Of a stretch of 64,000 bases of DNA, positions 9,898 to 19,957 are shown in pieces. A program made the position numbers and the translations under genes. Origin of the DNA: Pseudomonadota bacterium (lineage in GTDB: Bacteria > Pseudomonadota > Alphaproteobacteria > Sphingomonadales > Sphingomonadaceae); assembly GCA_023387085.1 (NCBI GenBank), contig JAEWIL010000047.1, positions 1,141-65,140 of the forward strand, in the 5' to 3' direction. The first letter of the stretch is position 1. Every line of letters starts with the position of its first letter. The notes below the pieces were generated by a model that saw only the letters and a program-made list of their open reading frames with translations, did not search any database and was not told the DNA's origin.

Positions 9898-10992
9898 ATG
9901 TCGATTTTGTACGACGAGGGGCAGCAGGCGATCGCGACCGAATCGCGCCGCGTGCTCGAGGCCCGGATGAGCAAGGAGGATCTGCTTCCTCTGCTCGAGG
10001 CAAGCGGGCGTTATCATGAGGGGTTCTGGACGACCGCGAAGGAACAGGGCTGGACCGCGCTGGCGCTGCCCGAGGCTTATGGCGGACTCGCGCTCGGCCT
10101 CGTCGAGCTCGGGCTGATCGCGCATCAGGCCGGCCGGACGCTGAGCGGCGCGCCCTTTCTCACCGCCAGCTTCGGGGCTGCCAAGGCTATCGAGCTCTAT
10201 GGATCGGACGACCAGAAGGCGAAGTGGCTCCCCGGCCTCGCGAGCGGGAATGCGATCGGCGCGGTAGCCTTTGCCGAGGGGGCGGCCCCCCGCCCCGCGC
10301 AGCCGGCGCTGGCACTGTCGGGCAATCGGCTCGACGGCGTGAAGACGGGCGTTACGGGCGGGCTCGCCGCGGACATCGCTGTCGTCTTCGCCCAGGCCCC
10401 CGGCGGGCCGGCGCTCGCCGTCGCCGACCTGGCGAACGTGACGCGCCAGCCGATCGACAGCTTCGACAACAGCCGCCTCTACGCCGACCTCGCTTTTGCC
10501 GGCGCGCCTGCCGAAACGCTCGTCGCGGGCGAGGCGGCGCGCGCGGCGGCGCTCCATATCCTTGCACTTCAGGCGGTGATCACCGCGCATGAGCAGACCG
10601 GCGGCGCCGAGGCGATGATGGAGATCGCGCGCGACTACGCGGTGACGCGCAAGGCGTTCGGCCAGCCGATCGGCGCCTTCCAGTCGATCAAGCACCGGAT
10701 CGCCGAACTCTATGGGCTCGTCGAACTCGCCCGCGCCAACTGCATTCATGCGGCGTCGCGCGAGGGCGAAGGTGATTTCATCGCCGCGGCCGCGGCCGCG
10801 CGGATTTCGGCGACCGAGGCTTATGACACCGCATCGCGCGACGGCGTTCAGATCCACGGCGGCATCGGCGTGACGTGGGAGCTTGGTCTCCACCTCCACT
10901 CGCGCCGCGCGCGCAGCCTCGCGATCGAACAGGGCAATTTGCTGTTCTGGGAAGATGTTCTTGTTGACCGCCTGACGGGAGAAGCCGCATGA
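9898..10992 (+). CDS. acyl-CoA dehydrogenase (smaller subunit of a heteromeric pair)
   Basis: RKAFGQPIGAFQSIKHRIAE, QIHGGIGVTWE; stop overlaps next start (ATGA). Confidence 0.9.
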   Translation: MSILYDEGQQAIATESRRVLEARMSKEDLLPLLEASGRYHEGFWTTAKEQGWTALALPEAYGGLALGLVELGLIAHQAGRTLSGAPFLTASFGAAKAIELYGSDDQKAKWLPGLASGNAIGAVAFAEGAAPRPAQPALALSGNRLDGVKTGVTGGLAADIAVVFAQAPGGPALAVADLANVTRQPIDSFDNSRLYADLAFAGAPAETLVAGEAARAAALHILALQAVITAHEQTGGAEAMMEIARDYAVTRKAFGQPIGAFQSIKHRIAELYGLVELARANCIHAASREGEGDFIAAAAAARISATEAYDTASRDGVQIHGGIGVTWELGLHLHSRRARSLAIEQGNLLFWEDVLVDRLTGEAA

Positions 10993-12194
10993 GCGACCTT
11001 GAAACCTTTCGCGCCAGCGCCGCCGCGTGGCTCGAATCGATGGTGCCGACTTATGGAAAGGCGGCGCGCCAGGGCCTGTCCGAAGCCGAAGACCTTGCGT
11101 TTGCCCGCCGATATCAGAAAGCGAAGTTCGACGCCGGTTATGCCGGGATCAACTGGCCGACCGAGTTTGGCGGTCAGGGGCTCGGCCATCTCGAAAAGGT
11201 GACCTTCGACACCGAAGAAATGAAGCACGGCTTCCCCAGCTATTATTTCGGCATCTCGCTCGGAATGCCGGTGCCCGTGCTGATGCAGTTCGGCCAGGAC
11301 AAGGACTGGGTGAAGGAGCGGGTGCTGAAGGCGCTGCAGGGCGAAGAGATCTGGTGCCAGCTCTTCTCCGAACCCTCGGGCGGCTCCGACCTTGCCGGGC
11401 TGCGCACGCGCGCCGAAACCGACGGCAACGGGTGGAAGATCAACGGCCAGAAACTGTGGACCAGCTGGGCGCAATATAGCGACTACGGCGTCATCGTCGT
11501 GCGCACCGACCCCAATGTCCCGAAGCACAAGGGCCTCACCTATTTCTGGGTCGACATGAGGGCGCCCGGGGTCACCGTTCGCCCGATCAGGCTCGCCGGG
11601 GGCGACAGCCACGTCAATGAGGTCTTCTTCGACGATGTGAAGATCAGCGACGATCAGCGCATGTCGCCGGTCGGCGGCGGCTTTGCGGTGGCTCTCGCGA
11701 CCCTGATGATCGAACGCTATGTCGCGACCGACAGCGCGGGTTTCGGCCCCCACCTCGACATGTTCGTCGATTTGGCGAAGAACACCGACCTCAACGGCCG
11801 CCCCGCGATCGAGGACGGCCGCATCCGCCAGCAGATCGCGCGCAACTATGCGATGCGAAGCGGGCTTCAGTCGATCACGGCACGCGCGATGGCGATGATG
11901 CAGGCGGGCATGACGCCCGGCCCCGAAGGGTCGCTCAACAAGCTAGTCTCGGTGCGCTCGCGTCAGAAGCTCTCCGAACTCGCGCTCGACCTTCAGGGCA
12001 CGGGCGGCTTCCGCTTCGATCCGCATGCCTCGCAAAAGGAGGATTGGGCGTCGAGCTGGATCAACGCGCCGACGGGCCGCATCGCCGGCGGCTCCGACGA
12101 GACCCTGCTCAACACGATCGCCGAAAAGATCCTCGGCCTGCCGCAGGATCACCGCCCCGACAAGGGCGTCCCCTTCAACCAGATCCCCGCGTGA
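10989..12194 (+). CDS. acyl-CoA dehydrogenase (larger subunit of a heteromeric pair)
   Basis: WCQLFSEPSGGSDLAGLRT, RIAGGSDETLLNTIAEKILG. Confidence 0.92.
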   Translation: MSDLETFRASAAAWLESMVPTYGKAARQGLSEAEDLAFARRYQKAKFDAGYAGINWPTEFGGQGLGHLEKVTFDTEEMKHGFPSYYFGISLGMPVPVLMQFGQDKDWVKERVLKALQGEEIWCQLFSEPSGGSDLAGLRTRAETDGNGWKINGQKLWTSWAQYSDYGVIVVRTDPNVPKHKGLTYFWVDMRAPGVTVRPIRLAGGDSHVNEVFFDDVKISDDQRMSPVGGGFAVALATLMIERYVATDSAGFGPHLDMFVDLAKNTDLNGRPAIEDGRIRQQIARNYAMRSGLQSITARAMAMMQAGMTPGPEGSLNKLVSVRSRQKLSELALDLQGTGGFRFDPHASQKEDWASSWINAPTGRIAGGSDETLLNTIAEKILGLPQDHRPDKGVPFNQIPA

Positions 12195-12248
12195 CGCCAA
12201 AGGGTTGAGACCCTCGCAGCACCGCTTCCACCAGAGAGGAACCCGGAA

Positions 12249-13499
12249 ATGTCCGAAGCCTATATCATCGACGCCGTCCGCACCCCGCGCGGGATCGGCA
12301 AGCCCGGCAAGGGCGCGCTGTCGCACCTCCACCCGCAGCACCTCGCCGCGACGGTGCTGAAGGCGATCCGCGACCGCAACAAGCTCGACACCGCGACCGT
12401 AGACGACATCGTCTGGTCGACCTCGACCCAAAAGGGCAAGCAGGGCGGCGACCTTGGCCGCATGGCCGCACTCTCGGCAGGCTATGACATCAAGGCCAGC
12501 GGCACGACGCTCGACCGCTTCTGTGGCGGCGGCATCAGCAGCGTGAACTTCGCGTCGGCATCGGTGATGTCGGGCATGGAGGAGTGCGTCATCGCGGGCG
12601 GTACCGAAATGATGAGCTACACCGCCACCTTCGCCGCGGAGCAGGCGAATGCGGGCATCCAGCCGCTGGGGATGGGTTCGGGCAACCCCGCGCTCGACGA
12701 AATTCACCCGCAGTCTCACCAGGGCGTATGCGGCGACGCGATAGCCGCCCTCGAAGGCATCCCGCGCGAGGCGCTCGACGCGCTGGCGCTCGTCAGCCAG
12801 CAGCGCGCCGACCGCGCGATCAAGGAAGGCCGCTTCGACAAGTCGGTCGTCCCCGTCTACAACACCGACGGCACCGTCGCGCTCGACCACGAGGAATTTC
12901 CCCGCCCCGAAACCACTGCCGAAGGTCTCGCGGCGCTCAAGCCCAGCTTCGGCGCGCTCAAGGATTTCGACCTCGGAGGCGGCGTGACCTTCGCCAAGCA
13001 GATCCAGCGCCGCTATCCCGACCTTGAATGGGAGGGCGTCCATCACGCCGGCAACTCGTCGGGTGTCGTCGACGGCGCCGCCGCCGTCCTCATCACCTCG
13101 AAGGCCTATGCCCACAAGCATGGCCTCAAACCCCGGGCGCGCATCGTTGCCTATGCGAACATGGGCGACGATCCGACGCTGATGCTCAACGCGCCGGTTC
13201 CGGCCGCGAAAAAGGTGCTCGCAAAAGCCGGCCTCACAAAAGACGACATCGACGTCTGGGAAATTAACGAAGCCTTCGCGGTCGTCGCCGAGAAATTCAT
13301 CCGCGACCTCGATCTCGACCGCGAAAAGGTGAACATCAACGGCGGCGCGATGGCGCTCGGCCACCCGATCGGCGCGACCGGATCGATCTTGATCGGCACC
13401 GCGCTCGACGAGCTCGAGCGTTCGGGCGGCCGTTACAGCCTTGTCACCATGTGCGCTGCGGGCGGCATGGCACCGGCGATCATCATCGAACGGCTCTGA
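12249..13499 (+). CDS. acetyl-CoA C-acyltransferase (thiolase)
   Basis: DRFCGGG (catalytic Cys), EINEAFA, GGAMALGHPIGATG, MCAAGG. Confidence 0.95.
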   Translation: MSEAYIIDAVRTPRGIGKPGKGALSHLHPQHLAATVLKAIRDRNKLDTATVDDIVWSTSTQKGKQGGDLGRMAALSAGYDIKASGTTLDRFCGGGISSVNFASASVMSGMEECVIAGGTEMMSYTATFAAEQANAGIQPLGMGSGNPALDEIHPQSHQGVCGDAIAALEGIPREALDALALVSQQRADRAIKEGRFDKSVVPVYNTDGTVALDHEEFPRPETTAEGLAALKPSFGALKDFDLGGGVTFAKQIQRRYPDLEWEGVHHAGNSSGVVDGAAAVLITSKAYAHKHGLKPRARIVAYANMGDDPTLMLNAPVPAAKKVLAKAGLTKDDIDVWEINEAFAVVAEKFIRDLDLDREKVNINGGAMALGHPIGATGSILIGTALDELERSGGRYSLVTMCAAGGMAPAIIIERL

Positions 13500-13512
13500 G
13501 TCAATAACAGGC

Positions 13513-13554
13513 GGGAACGCGGGCGCGGGGACCGATACCCCGCGGACGCGTTCC
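13513..13554 (+). terminator. GC-rich stem-loop after thiolase
   Basis: GGGAACGCG..CGCGGGG-loop-CCCCGCG..CGCGTTCCC; no clear U-tract. Confidence 0.4.
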
Positions 13555-13910
13555 CCTGCCCGCGGGAAAAGACCGCCACGCAGGGGACCGACCTCCAGGG
13601 TCGCGCGCCCCCCGCCTCCGCTTGCCCGCGCTCGGGCGGTGCGGAACCCGCCGACGAGAAGCCGCCGAGCGACCACGCCGCGCCTTTCCGCCTCATCCAG
13701 CGATGTTCGAGATGCCCTCGGACCAGGGGCGGTGGCAGGGCTTGTTCAGCACTGGCACGCTAATGCCTTGATATTGAGTTATTTTTACTTGGAGCGAAAA
13801 TTTCTACCCCCACACTTACCCCACATTTCTGGCGATCTAACGATTGTTCGATTCACGAAAGGCCCCAATCGAATCTAGCTTTGGGCAAGCGGCGAGGGGA
13901 ACAGAATCCA

Positions 13911-14212
13911 TCAATAGATTGTGTAGCCTCCGTCGATGACAATCGCGTCGCCGAGATGAAAGCTCGAATGGCGGCTCGCGAGATAAACCGCGATTGCCGA
14001 AAAAGCACCGCCCCTTTGGTTGCTCCATAATGTTCATTGCGCGCTGCGCCGTGGATCGAAGCCGTCGAAGCGATCGCCACCGTCGAACATGTCGCGGCGG
14101 GGAAGCCCGATGCCGGCATTCGCCTGATCGAGCCGGCCAAATTCTTCTAGGATAGTGCCGACACCCGCCTTGACCGCCGCCTCGTCGGCGACATCAACGC
14201 GGGCGCAGCGGA
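13911..14212 (-). pseudogene. SDR oxidoreductase remnant with internal deletions and frameshifts
   Basis: Three segments joined by frame changes: ARVDVADEAAV...FGRLDQANAGI; VAIASTASIHGAARNEHYGATKGA (YxxxK); IAVYLASRHSSFHLGDAIVIDGGYTIY*. Confidence 0.8.
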
Positions 14213-14601
14213 CCTAAGGGAGCGACCGGGAGTGCCGTCGCTTTAACTCGGCAGGCGCGCGGCATCGTGGGCGGCGAATCATGCACCCCGCTTACCGGAC
14301 GATGGTAAACACCCAATGAGCCCGCCTTGTCACATGCGCCATGATCGCTGTAAGTCGATTTATGTCTAACGGACCCGAAGACGCCACAACGTATAAGTAT
14401 AGATGATGTTAGACAGCAATGTCGTAATCTGGCATAGATGTTTTATGGACTGAATGATGAATTCAGGCGCGCATGGAGACTTGCGTGGGACCGAACAAGA
14501 AGCAAAAATATTTAGAAAAACGTATCAAATACATAAGCTTATATCCTAAATACCTCCCGCTCCGCCATTTCCCGTAACCCGGCGTCTCGCAACCCATGCC
14601 C

Positions 14602-14635
14602 AAAATGCAAAGGGCCGCCCTTGCGGACGGCCCTT
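14602..14635 (-). terminator. intrinsic terminator downstream of the MFS gene
   Basis: Minus strand AAGGGCCGTCC-GCAA-GGGCGGCCCTT followed by TGCATTTT. Confidence 0.65.
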
Positions 14636-14796
14636 CCATTGTCGTGGCTGACGCGGAAAGCTCAGTCGAGCAGGGCCCCCGCGACGGAGGCCATGCTCAC
14701 AAAAACTGCCGCGTGCGGCATTTGACAATGAGACATTCGACCACCTCCTTTCGCTTGTTGACGATGATCGGAATGTGGGCGCCTTCCGGCATATAT

Positions 14797-16143
14797 TCAA
14801 GATGCTTCGCCGCCGGCCCCCGCAAGATCGCGCGCATAGGCCTTGAAGCCCATGGTCAGGATGATCGCCGCCAGCGGCAGCGCGACGCCCGCGACCAACG
14901 CGATCGAATAACGCAGCGCGCCATCGTAACCGAACAGATGGTCGGTCAGCAGCGCCATCAGCATCGGCCCGAAGCCAAGCCCGACCAGATTGACGATGAA
15001 GAAATAGAGCGCCGTGACGCGGGCACGATATTCATTGGGGGTGATAAGCTGAAGCGCGACCGTGCCGACTCCGTGCATCGTCAGCATCGGAAAGGCGACC
15101 GCGAGCAGGACGAAGGCAGGCACGGGCCCGGGCATTAGCGCCGCGGCAAGAAGCGGCGGCCCGCCGAGCAGGATCGACAGCCGCATCACACGCAGATGGG
15201 CATCGGCGACGCCCCGGCCGAACATCCGGTCGGCGAGCGACCCGCCTGCCACCAGCCCCGCCGCGCCGCCGGTCGCCATGATGATCCCGAACCACAATCC
15301 CGCCGTCGAGACGTCCATGCCATAGGTGCGCGCGAAGAAGGTCGGCACCCAGGCAATGACGCCATACATCACCAGTCCGATCAGCGACATCCCCGCGAAC
15401 AGCGCGCCCAGCGCGACCCGCTGGGCCCTGAGGTGCGCGAGGAAGCCAGGTGCGGCCCCCTCTCCCGTCGCCGCCGCCTTGACGCTTCCCCGGCGCACCG
15501 GTTCGCGAACGGTCAGGAGCAGCAGACAGACCAGCAGGCCCGGCGCCGCGACCCACAGGAAGATCGTGCGCCACGCCTCGACCGGACCGATCAGCGGCAG
15601 GTCGACCACCGGCGCCGCGAGCACCGCCTGGACGACGAACGACCCGAGGATCATCGCGATTCCCGAACCGAGCGGGACGCCAATCGAATAGACCGCCATC
15701 GCACGCGCCAGCCGGTCGCGCGGGAAGACGTCGCTCAGCATCGAATAGGCCGCGGGCGACAGCGCCGCTTCGCCGACCCCCACCCCCATGCGCGCGAGGA
15801 ACAGCGTGGCATAGCTTCCCGCGAAACCGCATCCCGCCGTCATCACACACCACAGAGCCACCCCGACGAGGATCAGATTCCGCCGGTTCCAGCGGTCGGC
15901 GATCCACGCGATGGGAAGCCCCAGCAAGGTGTAGAAGAGCGCGAACGCGAGCCCGATGAGCAGGCTGACCTCGGTATCAGAAATGTCGAGCGCGGTGCGA
16001 ATCGGCGCGACGAGCAGGCTCAGGATCATCCGGTCGACGAACGACAGGGTATAGGCGATCAGCAGGACGGCAACGACGTACCAGCCATAGGCCGGACGCG
16101 GCCATCGATGGGATTCCGCCGCCTCGGTGCCTGTCGTCATCAC
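14797..16143 (-). CDS. MFS transporter (spinster-like)
   Basis: SFVDRMILSLLV, IADRWNRRNLI, ARMGVGVGEA; many hydrophobic segments. Confidence 0.9.
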   Translation of the reverse strand: MMTTGTEAAESHRWPRPAYGWYVVAVLLIAYTLSFVDRMILSLLVAPIRTALDISDTEVSLLIGLAFALFYTLLGLPIAWIADRWNRRNLILVGVALWCVMTAGCGFAGSYATLFLARMGVGVGEAALSPAAYSMLSDVFPRDRLARAMAVYSIGVPLGSGIAMILGSFVVQAVLAAPVVDLPLIGPVEAWRTIFLWVAAPGLLVCLLLLTVREPVRRGSVKAAATGEGAAPGFLAHLRAQRVALGALFAGMSLIGLVMYGVIAWVPTFFARTYGMDVSTAGLWFGIIMATGGAAGLVAGGSLADRMFGRGVADAHLRVMRLSILLGGPPLLAAALMPGPVPAFVLLAVAFPMLTMHGVGTVALQLITPNEYRARVTALYFFIVNLVGLGFGPMLMALLTDHLFGYDGALRYSIALVAGVALPLAAIILTMGFKAYARDLAGAGGEAS

Positions 16144-16203
16144 TCCCGTCTCCCGATTATCGCTCGCCCTTGCACAGCAAGTCTGCCTGATATATACAAT
16201 CAG

Positions 16204-16223
16204 TTACTTAGAAAACTAAGTAA
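16204..16223. promoter_or_regulatory. palindromic operator B (TTACTTAG-N4-CTAAGTAA), copy 1
   Basis: Perfect 8-bp inverted repeat between divergent MFS and TBDR genes. Confidence 0.7.
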
Positions 16224-16284
16224 ATTTGTAACCGAGTCAAGCGTGATCGGGACGCAAAAGAACAAACGGGTTGGGAGAAGAGAG

Positions 16285-18468
16285 ATGGCGAAAATCGGAA
16301 GCAAGCGGTCTGCCCTGTTTTTGACGGGAGCGGCCATAGCCATGACGCCCGGCGTCGCGGTGGCGCAAGACGCCCCGGATACCAGTGGCGACATCATCGT
16401 GACCGCCCAGCGCCAGGAACAGCGGCTGCAGGACGTGCCGGTATCGGTCACCGCGTTCGGCGCCGAACAACTCCGCGACAACAGTATCGAAACGGTGCAG
16501 GATATCGCCATCCGCACTCCCGGTCTCGCGGTCAGCGCGGTCGATCCGGTCAACACCAACTTTGCGATGCGCGGCATCGGCAGCCCCCCGGGCATCAGCC
16601 AGAATGCCGGCGGCGACCCGTCGGTGGTCGTCTTCATCGACGGCGTCTATGCAGGCCGCGGCGGCACCCCCGATCTCGACGCGCTCGATCTCGAACGCGT
16701 CGAGGTGCTGCGCGGGCCGCAAGGGACATTGTTCGGGAAAAACGCCATCGGCGGCCTCGTCCAGTTCATCAGCCGCAAGCCGACCGACGAGGAAAGCTTC
16801 TATTTCGAGGGCACCTACGGCAATTATAACCGCGTCGGCGTGACCGCGCGCGGCAATATGGCGCTCACCGACAAGGTATATCTGTCGGCCGGACTCTCGC
16901 ACAAGCAGCGCGACGGTTTCGAATATAACGAGACGACGGGCAATGACGTCAACGACCTCAACCTGACGACAGGCCGCGTCGCCTTGCGTTTCGTCCCGAC
17001 CGACACGCTCGACATCATCCTGCGCGCCGACGTCTCGCATCAGGACCAGAAGGGCAATCCGCGCCACAATAATTGCGATACCGGTTTTCAGGGCGGCATC
17101 CATTGCGTCGGGATCAACCCCGACCCGCGCGTCGTGAATGCCTATATCGACGGCGAGGTCAAACGGACGATCCAGACCTATTCGGCCGAGGCCAATCTGG
17201 AACTGCCCTTCGGCACCCTGACCTCGCTCACCGCGCTCCGCAAGGTGAAGTTCAATTTCGTCACGCCCTTTTTCAGCAACCCGATCAATCCGCCCGACCA
17301 GATCGAATCGACCAGCTTCGGGCAGGAAAACAACAGCCAGTTCAGCCAGGAACTGCGGCTGAGCTTCGACGCATTCGACGGCAGGCTGAAGGGGCAGACC
17401 GGCGTCTATTATCTGAAGGAAAACAACGACCGCGTCGAAGGACAGATTCAGGATTTCCCGACCCCGGCAGGATCGGGCACCGGCATCTACCCGCAGTCGG
17501 TCAATGCACGCAGCGTCGCGATCTTCGGCCAGCTAGATTACGAGATCGTCCCCTCGCTGATCGCAACGGTCGGCGCGCGCATGACGTGGGAACGCAAGAG
17601 CGGCCGCTTCGCGGGCTACAAGGCCGACGATGGTCCGGGCCTGCCGCCTCCGCTGGGATCGCTCGACGGCTACGACGTTACCGGGAAGAAGAGCTGGAAG
17701 GCCTTCACCCCGCGCTTCGCGCTCAACTGGAAGGCCACCGACGACGTGCTGCTCTATGGCTCGGTCGCGCGCGGTTACAAGAGCGGCGGGTTCCAGGGCC
17801 TTTCGGGCACCGCCGCCGGCGCCTCGACCCCCTATGATCCCGAATTCGCGTGGAGCTATGAGGTCGGCGCGAAGACCGACTGGTTCGACCGCCGCCTGCG
17901 TTTGAACATCGCGGCGTTCCGGACCGACTATTCGGACCTCCAGATCTCGCAGCTCATTCCCCTGTGCTGTGTCGTCGTCAGCAATGCGGCCAAGGCGCGG
18001 ATCAAGGGGATCGAGGTCGAGGCCGTGGTCCGGCCCTTCGACGGCTTCCAGCTCGACGGCAGCTACGCCTGGCTCGATGCGAAGTTCACCGAATATACGA
18101 TTCCCGGGCAGAACTACACCGGCAACCAACTGCCGCGCTCGCCGAAGAACAAGTTCAACATCGGCGGCCAGTATGAAGTGCCGGTCGGCGATCTGTCGGC
18201 AAAGCTCCGGGTCGATTACAGCTGGGTCGACGATGCTTTTTTCGAGGCGTCGAATATCCCGCAACAGCTGTGGCCGAGCCACGAGAATCTCGACGCGCGT
18301 TTTTCGCTGTCGGGACCGGACGATCGCTGGGAATTGTCCTTCTGGGGCAAGAATCTGACCAACGAACTGACGCCGACCTATGTCACCTATTTCGGCGCCT
18401 TCCGCCAGATCCTGACACCCTATGCGCCGCCCCGCACCTACGGTGCGACGATCGCGTTCAAGATCTGA
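16285..18468 (+). CDS. TonB-dependent receptor
   Basis: Signal peptide, DIIVTAQRQEQRLQDVP, VEVLRGPQGTLFGKNA, C-terminal PRTYGATIAFKI; start reassigned to ATG 16285. Confidence 0.93.
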   Translation: MAKIGSKRSALFLTGAAIAMTPGVAVAQDAPDTSGDIIVTAQRQEQRLQDVPVSVTAFGAEQLRDNSIETVQDIAIRTPGLAVSAVDPVNTNFAMRGIGSPPGISQNAGGDPSVVVFIDGVYAGRGGTPDLDALDLERVEVLRGPQGTLFGKNAIGGLVQFISRKPTDEESFYFEGTYGNYNRVGVTARGNMALTDKVYLSAGLSHKQRDGFEYNETTGNDVNDLNLTTGRVALRFVPTDTLDIILRADVSHQDQKGNPRHNNCDTGFQGGIHCVGINPDPRVVNAYIDGEVKRTIQTYSAEANLELPFGTLTSLTALRKVKFNFVTPFFSNPINPPDQIESTSFGQENNSQFSQELRLSFDAFDGRLKGQTGVYYLKENNDRVEGQIQDFPTPAGSGTGIYPQSVNARSVAIFGQLDYEIVPSLIATVGARMTWERKSGRFAGYKADDGPGLPPPLGSLDGYDVTGKKSWKAFTPRFALNWKATDDVLLYGSVARGYKSGGFQGLSGTAAGASTPYDPEFAWSYEVGAKTDWFDRRLRLNIAAFRTDYSDLQISQLIPLCCVVVSNAAKARIKGIEVEAVVRPFDGFQLDGSYAWLDAKFTEYTIPGQNYTGNQLPRSPKNKFNIGGQYEVPVGDLSAKLRVDYSWVDDAFFEASNIPQQLWPSHENLDARFSLSGPDDRWELSFWGKNLTNELTPTYVTYFGAFRQILTPYAPPRTYGATIAFKI

Positions 18469-18472
18469 TCCG

Positions 18473-18498
18473 TGGCGCGGCGGTTCGCCGCCGCGCCA
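18473..18498 (+). other. intercistronic stem-loop
   Basis: TGGCGCGGCGG-TTCG-CCGCCGCGCCA, no U-tract. Confidence 0.5.
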
Positions 18499-18524
18499 TC
18501 GCATCCCTCCCGAAAGGATAATCG

Positions 18525-18995
18525 ATGGAAGAGCCCCGTTTTCGCTATCTTTGCTCGTACCGCGCGACCTTCACCGAACCCCAGCAAATGATCGGCAAGG
18601 CGCATTTCGGGCGCCGGATGATCGCGGCGCTGACCGGCGGCGAGGTCGAAGGTGAACGGCTGCACGGCCGGGTGATGCCAAGCGGCGGCGACTGGGCGAC
18701 GATCGACGACAAGGACACGCTGCGCCTCGACGCGCGGATTACGATGGAAACCCACGACGGCGCGCTGATCTATGTTTCCTATCGCGGGGTGCTTCGGCCG
18801 CTCTCCGCCGCGCACAAGCATGCGCGCAAGGGCGGACCGCAGACGGCCGAGGAAAAGGCCGAAGTCTATTTCCGGACGACTCCGATGTTCGAAACCGGCG
18901 ACGAACGCTATGCTTGGCTGAACGACATCGTCGCCGTGGGCCTTGGCGCCAGCGTCGGCGGTGCGGTGCGCTACGACGTGTTCGAACTGCTATAG
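18525..18995 (+). CDS. DUF3237 (UPF0311) family protein
   Basis: GGEVEGERLHGRVMPSGGDW, LDARITMETHDGALIY, YFRTTPMFETGDERYAWLN. Confidence 0.85.
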   Translation: MEEPRFRYLCSYRATFTEPQQMIGKAHFGRRMIAALTGGEVEGERLHGRVMPSGGDWATIDDKDTLRLDARITMETHDGALIYVSYRGVLRPLSAAHKHARKGGPQTAEEKAEVYFRTTPMFETGDERYAWLNDIVAVGLGASVGGAVRYDVFELL

Positions 18996-19009
18996 CGCTC
19001 GGTCCGGGC

Positions 19010-19915
19010 TCACGCCGGAAAAGCGGGCGCCCGGCTGACCATCGCCGGCAACGGACGGCCCATTACATCCGCGAACCAGGTCGACGCCTCGACGGCTACC
19101 GGCAGATTCAGTCCGGTGGTGATTCCGCTGCGTTCGAGCATGTAGACGACGTCCTCGGTCGCGACATTACCCGCCGCTCCCGGCGCGAAGGGGCAACCGC
19201 CCAGCCCGCCGAGCGACGCGTCGACCGTAGACGCGCCCCCGGCGACCGCTGCCCAGACATTGGCGAGGCCGGTGCCCCGCGTATTGTGGAAATGGACGCG
19301 CACCGGCAGGCCGTCCACGGCCTCGCGCACGCGCTCCACCATCTCCGCGACCAGCGAGGGCACGCCAACGCCGATCGTGTCGGCGAGCGCGATCTCACGC
19401 GGTCGTGCCTCCGCCGCGCGCTTCGCCATGTCGACGACGCGATCGATCGTGATCTCGCCCTCGAACGGACAGCCGAATGCGGTCGCGATGGTGATCTGGC
19501 CGCTGCGCCCCCCTGCCTTCGCCAGCGCGACGATCTCCATCGCCGCAGCGAGCGACTCGTCCGAGCTTTGCCCCTGATTGCGAATGCCGAAGCTGTCGCT
19601 CGTCACGCACACCGCGCCAAGTTCGTGGATCCGCCCCGTCGCCAGAGCGCGCTCTGCCCCGCGGCGATTGAGAACCAGCCCGATATAGGTCATGTCATCG
19701 CGATCGGGGAGCATCGAAACCAGTTCTTCGGCGTCCGCGAGTTGCGGGACTTTCGCGGGATTGACGAAACTCGTCACCTCGATGCGGCGGGCGCCATAGT
19801 CGATCGCGCGCTGGATCAGCGCCAGCTTGTCGGCGGTGGATACGATCGCGGCCTCATTCTGCAGCCCGTCGCGCGGCCCGACCTCGACCATTTCAATCCC
19901 GTTGTTCTTCAACAT
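19010..19915 (-). CDS. hydroxymethylglutaryl-CoA lyase-like (DRE-TIM) enzyme
   Basis: EVGPRDGLQNE, LADTIG, HFHNTRG, GGLGGCPFAPGAAGNVATED; start at ATG 19915. Confidence 0.92.
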   Translation of the reverse strand: MLKNNGIEMVEVGPRDGLQNEAAIVSTADKLALIQRAIDYGARRIEVTSFVNPAKVPQLADAEELVSMLPDRDDMTYIGLVLNRRGAERALATGRIHELGAVCVTSDSFGIRNQGQSSDESLAAAMEIVALAKAGGRSGQITIATAFGCPFEGEITIDRVVDMAKRAAEARPREIALADTIGVGVPSLVAEMVERVREAVDGLPVRVHFHNTRGTGLANVWAAVAGGASTVDASLGGLGGCPFAPGAAGNVATEDVVYMLERSGITTGLNLPVAVEASTWFADVMGRPLPAMVSRAPAFPA

Positions 19916-19957
19916 CTTGGACCCCGTTTTCACCGAATGATTTAGCAGCTTGAAAAA

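Noticed and set aside
11943..13676. 577-aa minus-strand ORF and similar long ORFs (3610-4938, 29556-31277, 41922-43313, 58094-59731)
   Set aside because: Opposite-strand shadows of well-supported genes, expected from high-GC codon bias
15196..16284. N-terminal 363 aa of the 1090-aa ORF, suggesting a giant TBDR fusion
   Set aside because: Antisense to the MFS gene; the TBDR has its own RBS, ATG (16285) and signal peptide
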